Positions 11,501-20,416 of a stretch of 32,441 bases of DNA are shown in pieces (the first letter of the stretch is position 1; each line of letters opens with the position of its first letter). The translations under genes were made by a program, and so were the position numbers. Source of the DNA: Guillardia theta CCMP2712 (Eukaryota > Protista > Cryptophyta); contig NW_005434645.1 of NCBI RefSeq assembly GCF_000315625.1, forward strand, positions 110,602 to 143,042, in the 5' to 3' direction. The notes beneath the pieces were generated by a model that worked only from the letters and a program-made list of their open reading frames with translations, made no database searches and was not told the origin of the DNA.

Positions 11501-14423
11501 CTCTCCTCGGATTGGACCGTGAGGAAATTTTCATCAGGTTCGGCAACTCCTTCATCTTTGACTGGATCGTGTACCTCACCATCGTTGTGAGCTGCGTGCT
11601 GCTCTGCCTGACGCCGCCCTACGACGACATCCCACACGAGACAGTTCTGATCTCGCCGAAGACGATGAGCATGCTGAACCTGGCGACAACCATTGTTTTC
11701 ACGCTTGAGTTTGTCGTGCGGATCATGGTGTCCGGGCTGCTGCTCGAGAGCAATGCGTATCTGAGATCGGGCTGGAACCTCGTTGACCTGCTCGTGCTCC
11801 TCCTCTCGTGGATGGACGACCTTGCAAGCATGTCGTCGATGAACTCGGCGAAGTCTCTGAGGATCATGCGTATCCTCCGCCCCCTCCGCCTTGTGAAAAA
11901 GAACAGAGGGATGAGAACGATCACAAATGCTCTCCTCTCTGCTCTTATCCCGACCTTCTACGTCCTCATCTTCCTCTGCACCATCCTGTTCAGCTTCGGA
12001 GTGATCGGGAGAGGGCTGTTCGGCAACCGATTCTACTCCTGCAACGCCTACGACGTGAGCTACCCGGCAGGGAAGGCAGAGTGTAGCGGGATGATACTGA
12101 ACAAGGACCAGTTGTTTCTCCAACCTCGGGCCTGGGTCAACTACCAGCACAACTTCGACAGCATCGCGTCCGCCATGATCTCTCTGTTCAAGGTCACAAC
12201 CCTCAAGTACACCGGAACCCTCCAGGCCAGTATGGACGTCACGACCCGTGACCAGAGCCCGAGCACGAACAACTCGACCTACTACGGGCTATACTACGAA
12301 GTCTACGTCCTCGTCGGCTCCTTCTTCATCTGGAACCTCTTCGTTGGCTTCGTCGTCGACGGCTTTTACGCCAACAGAGGGTCTGACAAGGTGGACAGCA
12401 TCTTCCGCCGCTGCCATCGGCTCGTGAGCGAGAGGAAGACCAAGGTCATCGCTGCCCTCCTTCCCCGAGAGCCCTGGAGGGTCATGATCTACGACCTGCT
12501 GCGGTCCAAGTGGTACAAGACTTTCTCCATCTCCTGCATCGCCATCAACGTCGTCTTCATGTCAACGCAGCATGCCGACTCGTCTCCTTCCTTCAACCGC
12601 ATGATGGCCACACAGAACCTCTTCTTCTACGTCCAACTCCTCGTCGAGGTCCTCCTCTCCTTCCTCGGCTTCGGCTTCCGCCACTTCTTCCACGACATCT
12701 TCCGCGTCTTCGACCTCATCGTCACCCTCGGCCTCAGCATCGGCTACGCGTCGGGGAGCAGAGAATTCATGGAGTTCGGCAAGTCGTTCCGCCTCCTCCG
12801 CATCATCCAGGTCATGTGCATCCTCGGACCCGTCGATCAGATCCTGCAGACTCTGTTGAAGTCGCTCCCTCAGCTCGCCAGCATCTCCGCCCTCATCTTC
12901 CTCATCCTAGTCATGTTCGCCTCCCTCGGCGTCCAGCTCTTCGGCATCACCCGAGCTGGTCGCCGACTGGGCCCGACCGCAAACTTCGAGAGCTTCCCCC
13001 AGGCTCTGATGACCTGCCTGCAGATCCTGCGAGGGGACGAGTGGCAGGAGCTGCTGGAGGACTCCAAGGTCCAGGCTCCCTCCTGCACCCCGATCTTCGA
13101 CTCGGCCCACGTCTACGGCTACGAGGGGAAGGACCTGTCCTTCGGGGACTGCGGAGCTTCCGCATGGCTGTCGGACTTGTTCTACATCGGCTTCAAGCTG
13201 GTATGCGAGGCTTCGCTCCTCAACCTCATCATCGGAATGATCCTCCAGAACTTCTCTTACATTACTGAGGACGCGTCACATGTGGAGGATGCGGAGTGGT
13301 CTACGGGACCTTCCGTGCGGCAGGTGGGACCATTTCGACCACCCGCTCTCTCCTCTCCTCTCCTCTCCTCTCCTCTCCTCTCCTCTCCTCTCCTCTCCTC
13401 TCCTCTCCTCTCCTCTCCTCTCCTCTCCTCTCCTCTCCTCTCCTCTCCTCTCCTCTCCTCTCCTCTCCTCTCCTCTCCTCTCCTCTCCTCTCCTCTCCTC
13501 TCCTCTCCTCGCTTGTTTTTCGGCATGAGCGTGATCCTGCGGCAGGTGGAGGAGCTTCACGAGATTTTCCTCAGGTTCAGCAACGCTGACGAGATGTTCG
13601 ACCCCGAGGACACGCTTGTGCTCATGAAGGCCTTTCCTCGTCCTCTCGGATTCCGGACGTCGCAGGAGGGAGATGCAAAGTTTGGGAGGCTGGACAAAGC
13701 AGCAGCGAGGCTGGTCCGGGCAGAGTTCAACCTGCTGCTGCGAGAGAGGAGGGGGGACAGGGAGTTCAGAGACAAGAGTGCCATCCCTCTCAGCCGCATC
13801 GGCCTCTTCGTCTCCAAGGTCCGGACTTGGTTCGATGGCAGGGATGATTGCACTGAAGGTAGCTCCTCCTCTCCTTCCCTCTCCTCCTCCACTTCCTGCC
13901 TGCCTGCCTTCCTCATTCTCATCCTCTTTCCCGTTCTGTCGCTTTTTCTCCTGCTCTACTCCATTGCCTTTCGTATGATCCTGCTCACCCCGTTTGCACC
14001 TCTCCCGCATCCTCTCTTCTCCTTTGCAGTCTTTCCCTCTCCCCCCTCCTCCTCTACCGTCTTTCCCTCTCCCCCCTCCTGCTCTACCGTCTTTCCCTCT
14101 CCCCCCTCCTCCTCTACCGTCTTTCCCTCTCCCCCCTCCTCCTCTACCGTCTTCCCCTCTCCCCCCTCGTCCTCTACCGTATATCCTCCTTTCTTGACAC
14201 CGCTGCTTCTCCTTACCGCCTGTCCTCAGTCACGTTCGAGGATGTGGTCACCGTGATGCTCTTTTGGCGCCTCCCCTCGCTGATCCCCGACAATCTCAAA
14301 CGCGTTCACGCGCGGCGCGTGCAGGAGATTCAGTTCCTCCATCACGCGATCGCTATCAAAGATTTTCTCAGGCGGCAGGTAGCGAGGAGGAAGGAGATTC
14401 TCCGCAGGAGCCCCTCGCTGTAG
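8580..14423 (+). CDS. Four-domain voltage-gated-type cation channel alpha subunit, NALCN/Cch1-like; one-base frame break near 11528-11531
   Basis: Exons approximately 8580-9190, 9240-9407, 9465-9726, 9781-9843, 9911-10176, 10228-13323 (frame change near 11530), 13546-13858, 14230-14423. Four S4 helices: LRSFRLLRLFK, QCIRIFRLYR, KSLRIMRILRPLRLVK, KSFRLLRIIQ. Four pore loops: FDNVGSALLAVLQWVIAD, FQIFTGDSW, PRAWVNYQHNFDSIASAMISLFKVTTLK, ANFESFPQALMTCLQILRGDEW...VQAPSCTP...DCG. S6 segments VNLFVSVVIENF, NLFVGFVVDGF, NLIIGMILQNFSY. C-terminal VTFEDVV and an IQ-like AIAIKDFLRR. Confidence 0.9.
8677..8742 (+). repeat. 21-bp coding tandem repeat x3 (HENGNGY/HEDGNGC/HENRNGY) in the channel N-terminus
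   Basis: catgagaacggtaatggttat catgaggatggtaatggttgt catgagaacagaaatggttat. Confidence 0.9.
13346..13510 (+). repeat. (TCCTC)n pentanucleotide microsatellite, about 33 units, inside channel intron 13324-13545
   Basis: Perfect repeat seen directly. It accounts for the (LLSSP)n and (ERRGE)n translations in the ORF track. Confidence 0.95.
14027..14180 (+). repeat. 30-bp pyrimidine-rich minisatellite, about 5 copies, inside channel intron 13859-14229
   Basis: Unit gtctttccctctcccccctcctcctctacc repeated with single substitutions. Confidence 0.9.
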
Positions 14424-14639
14424 CGGCGAGAGGAGGGTCAATATTCTTTGAGGTTTTACACATGTGATGTTGTAGAGTTTTTCCTGTCGCTCTCCCTTCC
14501 CCCCTCCCTCCTCCCTCCTCCCTCCTCCAAAATCCACCCCAATCCTTCCACCTCTCCTCCTCCAGCACTTCTACATCCTCTTTTCACTTTCCCCCTCCTC
14601 ATCCCCATCTTCCTCCTCGTTCCCGATATCGCATCTCCC

Positions 14640-17600
14640 TCAGATCTTCTCCACGTAATTGTAAGGGAACCATCCCTCCTGTCCATGCAGCATCCTGCTA
14701 GGCACGTCAAGATCAGCGCTGCTTCCTGCTCTCTGCTCACCCCTTCCACCATCCCGTCTGATCCTCCTCCAACACTTCAATCTCGTCTCCCTGCCGCTCA
14801 GGTCAGCGCCAGCACAGCCTCTCCTCCTCTCCCCTGCCTTGTTGATCGTCAGCTCGCCCTCGCTCGATGCCTTGTAGGCATGCAAGACGCGCACGCGGTT
14901 GGACTTCTGCGGGGGGAGAGGAGGAGGTGTGCGCATGGGAGGAGCCGGAGGGATGGATCGAGGAGGAGCCACTTCCTGCGTCTGACCAGGCATCAGGGTG
15001 GAACAGCAAACCTTCCTGCTCACCGGGGCAGCGATGCGCGAGGGAGGAGCGACAGGAGCGACAGGCGTGCTATGATACCCCCCTGCGCGATGTTGAGAAG
15101 AGGAGAGGAGGACGAGGAGGCAGGACGAGATAGAAAGACAAGAGGGAGAGAGACGGGGAGGATGGAGGAGAGCGAGGCGAGAGGACGGAGGTGCGAGGGC
15201 GAGGAGGAGCAAGAGGTACCATGCGACCCTGCAGATGATGCTGCATGCTCCTGCAAGAGGTCAGCCATGACAGGGCACAACCGCAGCTCCTACCACATCC
15301 TGATCGCCGATCGCCGCCTTCACCATGGCGATGATCTGATGGGGAGCGACGGAGACATCAGCAGGAGAGGGAGGGAGTCCTCAGGACAGAGCAGGGGAGC
15401 ACTGAGGGAGGAGAAGGAAGAGGAAGAGGGACGGGGCGGGAAGCGGGGGCCAGAGGAGGGTACCGTTGCTTCATCATCGTCTCCGCCTCCTCCTGCTGTA
15501 AAAGTTCGTCACCGTCATTCATTAGACGCAAAAGTTGACTGACCAGCTGGCTGGAACGCCGGCGAGGTCGCGTATGACTGAGACTTCTCGAGAAACTTGA
15601 GATGATCCTATGGAGCCTTGAGGAGGAGGAGCAGGAAGAGAATGAGGGGGAGGAGGATGAGGATGAGCAGCAGCAGCAGCAGGAGCAGAGAAAGAGGAGA
15701 GAAAGAGGAGGAGGGGAAGAGAAGGAGAGGAAGAAGAGGAGGAGAAGAGGAGAAGAAGCGGAGAAGGAGTAGAAGAGGAGAGAGTAGGGGTTTAGGGTTG
15801 GCATTGAAGCCAAGTCAACCTGATTGACAGCGAGCGGGCGGAGCAAGGAAGGAATCTCGTAGGCGAGGCAATCATCCAATTTCTTGATCTGACTTGGTGG
15901 CTCAGCGGGGGCGTCGACACAGGGAGAGGGAGAGGGAGAGGGAGAGGAGAAAAGAGTGAAAGTGGCACAGAGAGGAGGGAGAGTTATAGAGATAGGAGGG
16001 AGGTGGGAACTGGCACAGCGAGGGAAGTGTGGTAGAGCCAGGCAGGAAGGAGCAGAGGACAGAACAGAAGGAGAGGAAGGGAGGAAGGAGCAGAGGACAG
16101 AACAGAAGGAGAGGAAGGGAGGACAGAACAAGGAGAGTAAGGGAGGACAGAACAAGGAGAGGAAGGGAGCCCAGGTGAAACGATGGAATCACCAGCTCTC
16201 GGTTTAACTTCGGGAGGTTCGCCAACGTCCTGCAGCAACAGATCAGCGCTGGCACGTGACTTCTTCGCCATGTCCTCCCCTCCTCCTTTCCCTATGATTT
16301 CCCCTGGTCCTGGTCCTGGTCCTGGTCCTGCCGCCCCCGCTCCTGCTCCTGCTCCTGCTCCTGCCCCTGCCCCTGCCCCTGCCCCTCCTGCTCCTGCTCC
16401 ATCTTCCTATTCTCGTCCTCACCTCCCTGTCCCCGTCCATCGCGTCAGACGCTCCCTGTAAACGTCCGCCTGCAGCAGGATAAGCGTCTGATCCCCGCAG
16501 CTGAGAGAACCTTGGGAAAGTCTCCTGGCGATATCCCATGCTCCTGAGCCACTGCCTGGAGGAGGGTGAGATCGGGAGGGAGAAGGAACGTCGATCCGGA
16601 GGGATGGGTGCGGTGGGAATGGATGCGATGAGAAGACCGGAAGCAGAGAGGAAGAGGGGAGGGAACAAGATGGTGCAAACGAGAGGAAGTTTGAATGAAC
16701 AGAAAGATAGCAGAGAGGAGATAGAAGGAAGGAGGGGTGAAGGAGGAAGGAGGGAGAGCGAGGAGAAACAAGGTAGGGGACAGGAGAGAGGAGAGAGGAG
16801 AGAGGGAGAGAGGAAGAGAGGGAGAGAGGGAGAGAGGAAGAGAGGAAGAGAAGAAAGTAGAGTAGAAGAGAGAGAGGAGACGGAAAAGGACGAAGGTAAT
16901 ACAGTTGCAACAGGCGTTGCCTTCCTACCTGGAAGATAATCTCGAGATTTCGGAGCAGCTCCTTCTGCCTTTTCTCCTGCAGGCAGAGGAGGTCAGGAGG
17001 TTTGAGCAGCAAGAGACTTGAAGGAGCACAACAAATGGACGCAAGGAGGGAAGAGGAGAGCAGAAAAACATTGACGTTAGACAACAAAGGCAGCAAGAGA
17101 GGAAAAATGTGAGATGCTCGAAGCGCTAAGCGCTTCCATTTTCCTTCAATCACCTCCTCTCCCCCATACCTTGCCAAACATTGCAGGCATCATCTGTGGA
17201 TTCAAAACAATCAGCAAACAGCCAGCCCGCGGCCAGGAATTGTTCTCCTCTTCCTCCTCCTCCTCACCTTGCGCAGGCAGGCACAAACGAGAGCGTGGAC
17301 CTTCGCCGTCCTCGCTCTCTTGACCAGCTCGTTCACTCTGGAGCAGGCACGTTCAGCTGAATTCCTGCTTGGCAAGCAGTGCTGACCTGCGGATGGCTGC
17401 GTTCTTTGGGATGTCCCGGAGGTCGCGGAAGAGATCTGCCTGCATGTAGAATTCAAAAACTGGTTCCTTCCTCCCTGCTTCTCTTCACCGTCTCCCTCTT
17501 CTAAACTCTCTTTCCCCCCCCTCCCTCACATGCTCCTCCTCTTACTCCCCCCCCCCCCACATCTCCTTCCTCCTTATGATTCACGGCAGGGTAGGGAATC

Positions 17601-19418
17601 GGAGAACTGAACCTTTTCGCGCTCGAACAGCGCTGCTGATTCCTTTCCAGCATCCTGCGCTTTCACCATCATTGCCATTCTGCAGCACGTCCTGACCACT
17701 CACAGCAAACGGCTTGTCCCAGAAGGTAGAGATGTAGACCTTTGGATCCAGTCAGCAGTTTTCTCTACCTCTTCCCCTTCCTCATCCTCGTCCTCATCCT
17801 CGTCCTCGTCTTCCTCTATCTCCTGCTCTCCCTCCTCCTCTTCCTCACTCTGGTAACTTCCGGCGTCCTGAAGACCTGCAGAGGCTTGTGAGAATTGACC
17901 CAGTTTCTCCTCCTCCCACTCCAACGCTCATGCCCATTGCCTCTTCCTTCCTCTTCTCCCTCTTCCCTCTCTCCTCCCCCTCCCCTCCGCACCTTTCCAA
18001 GGGACCACATGAGGGCTCCGTACACCCTCATCAGCTGTTGTGGGTTGACCTGCTCGAGTGAGGGGAGGCGGTAGCAGGTGATGACGTCACCTGATCCGCC
18101 TTGTTAAGGACGATGCGAATCTGCGGATACATCAGCAAGAATCGAGGGAGGAAGAGGAGGGGAGAGGCGAGGGTAAGGAGGAGGAGGATGGCAGGGGGGA
18201 GCAGGCGGATGGCAGGGATGAGGAGGAGGACAGAGTGGGAGGAGGATCCGAGGGAAGCCGGCGCACAAGGAGGAGTAGGATCGGGCGAGCAAGAGCTCCC
18301 ACCTTGTCGTCATTTCCTGACAGGCTCTCAATGACGATCTTCAACTCGTCGGATATGTCAAGCTGAGAACGCAAAGCTCGTCAATCTCCCCTCTACACAC
18401 CCCGCGGCCTCCTCAGTGCCTTGTGGGCATCGAAGAGGATGAGGATCAAGTCAGACCGATCTGCAAACCACCGGCAAACCTGCACGAGGGTTGAGCCTGA
18501 GAGCAGGGGGGAGGGGGAGCGAATGCAGCTTACCTCCGCCATGTCGTAGTTCCTCCCGATCCTCTGCTTCTCTCCTGACAGCACGCCAGGGGTGTCGCTG
18601 CAGCAAGGACAGGGTTGTCATTCAGCATCTCCAACATCACCATCGTACATGAGCGTCATCGACTCGAGGATCTCAGCGTTGGTCTCAGCACACTGGAACT
18701 TCTGCAGAAACGAATTCCCAAACGTCTGCAGCCCTCGGAAGGGTTTCCCAGGGCTCACAGCTACGGCGTTCCCTGCTCGGCACATCAGAGAGCAGCTGGT
18801 AAGGAGCCAGCTCAAGTGCCTGGAATGACCCTTTCCTCCTTCCCATGCATGATCGCCTTGGTCAGTCAGTCAGTCCCTTGCCCACACCTTGCCACACTGA
18901 CCATGAAGCGATCAGTGGTCGGCTCTGGCCCCACGTTGGATCCAGGATATCCGGTGGGAGGATTTCCGAGGAGGTGGTTGATGAATGTCGTCTTCCCGAC
19001 CGAGTACTGCCCGATCAGCAGCACGAACGGCTTTGCCTGCGCTACGATGAGGACGCGCTGTGATAATAACTCGGACAGCACGACCTCGATGTCTGTGTCG
19101 GACATGGAGGCCGAGAAGAAATCGGCGAAGCTGTAGTGTTCCTCGAGCGGAAGGAAGGACCTGATCATGGCATGAAGGCAACCGTTCAGTGAAGAATTTC
19201 ACAGAAGGGCCCGATAACCTCTTGTAGATGGACCTCAAACTCGCGTACAAGTGCTCCACGTTCTCCTGCACGCTCGAGTTGAGTCTGGCATTACCAGCTC
19301 CCTCTGCCCGCCTACCTGCATGTGCGCCCGCCCAGCACCTGCCGCCCTCCTTCCATTCGGCTCCTGGACCGAGGCATGCAGGTCAGGAAAGCGAAGGGTT
19401 GCATATCAAGGATACCAT
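14640..19418 (-). CDS. EHD: EHD/RME-1-family dynamin-like ATPase with proline-rich linker and C-terminal SH3 domain (no EH domain seen); more than 20 exons
   Basis: EHD hallmarks across exons: [58 protein letters not shown]...[141 protein letters not shown]-terminal SH3: [55 protein letters not shown], stop 14640-14642. The start (ATG 19418-19416 followed directly by an intron) is tentative. Confidence 0.9.
16025..16170 (+). repeat. Purine-rich intronic tandem repeats (aggagcagaggacagaacagaaggagaggaaggg x2; ggaggacagaacaaggagag x2)
   Basis: Direct duplications visible inside an EHD intron. Confidence 0.75.
16303..16400 (+). repeat. Compound hexamer repeat (CCTGGT)n-(CCTGCT)n-(CCTGCC)n in an EHD intron
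   Basis: Seen directly; translates as spurious GPGP/APAP. Confidence 0.85.
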
Positions 19419-20109
19419 CTTGAAGCTCTGCTTGCTGCGATGGAGTTCTTGCCCTCTGTGAGGCCTGGAAGATTCTTCAGAGCAGTTGATGACAGGATCT
19501 GTCGTGAACCAAACTATCCCACCATCTCCCATTTCCTACTGCCAAAACATCCCAACTCGATACAGATGGATGCAGACGTTGCCTGCACTTCGAGACAGCC
19601 TGGGAATGGAAGCACTCCTGTTCCTAATGGCGCAATCTTGTTGCGTCAAGTCTTATGAGATGTATGATTGATGCTCTTGCTCAATGTTTACCATGAAAGA
19701 TTCGCTTGAAGCGTTTGCCCTACTGTTCCCTTGCTACTTTACTTGGTCTACTTGCCCAGCTGGAAACTGTTCATGCAAACTCTGTGCCGTCCTTCCTGTT
19801 CTTCTCAGCATGCATCCTCTATTCCGCCATCTCCTTCCTGTAGTTTGCAGACTGCGCTACCTCACTCGTTGCCTGCAAGCTCATTCTACACTCATACGTC
19901 TATCGCTGGTCTGATCTAGAGCCCTGCTTGTACAATCTTCAACTGAACTCCAATCACAACGTCTTCAATGTCACTGAGGACATGTGGAGATGTGCACATG
20001 AGCATGTGTCTACGGTTGCTCTCCTACTACTCCTCCTACTCCTCCTCCTCCTCTGTCTCGCCATCGGCCGTCGCTACTGAAGCCACTTGCGATGCCATAC
20101 CAACACAAT

Positions 20110-20390
20110 CCGGTCTGTGTAGGGGTGGGGGAGGGTTCTGGGGGTAGGTATTGTGTTGAGAGGAACAGAAGGGGTATTTCAGAAGGCTCAGTAGGGGGTG
20201 GTCTGATCGTGTGAGCAGGTGTAGCGTGGTAAAATGGGGGGTAGGGTAGGAGGGAAAGGTGAGAGGGGGTACTAAATAACCCACCCCACAACTAGATCTT
20301 TACTCAAAGTTAAGTTAAAAATCAGTACGAGGGCTAGATAATCCGGGGAAGGTGGGTGGTCTTCCGAAGTATCCGGGGTTGTTGGCAGAC
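20110..20390 (+). repeat. G-rich (GGGGTA) block between the divergent EHD and monooxygenase genes
   Basis: aggggtggggg, ctgggggtaggta, aaatggggggtagggtagg and atccgggg motifs are shared in style with 1-480 and 7430-8100. Confidence 0.6.
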
Positions 20391-20416
20391 CGTTGTATGA
20401 GACATAAAGGCGGGCG

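Noticed and set aside
10735-11520. N-terminal ~260 aa of the 1173-aa ORF as a real overlapping protein
   Set aside because: It is an off-frame shadow of domain II in sequence with high GC at third codon positions. Channel similarity in this frame begins only near 11530.
11525-11531. AAATTTT as a programmed -1 ribosomal frameshift heptamer
   Set aside because: It is read AAA TTT T in the upstream frame, not in the required X XXY YYZ phase, and no downstream stimulatory structure is evident.
11519-11537. 19-nt GT...AG micro-intron as the fix for the channel frame break
   Set aside because: The donor is phase 0 but the acceptor needs phase 2, so splicing it does not restore the domain-III frame.
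14027-14180. 30-bp repeats as a CRISPR-like array
   Set aside because: The units are head-to-tail with no unique spacers, low-complexity and intronic, in a eukaryotic context with no cas genes.
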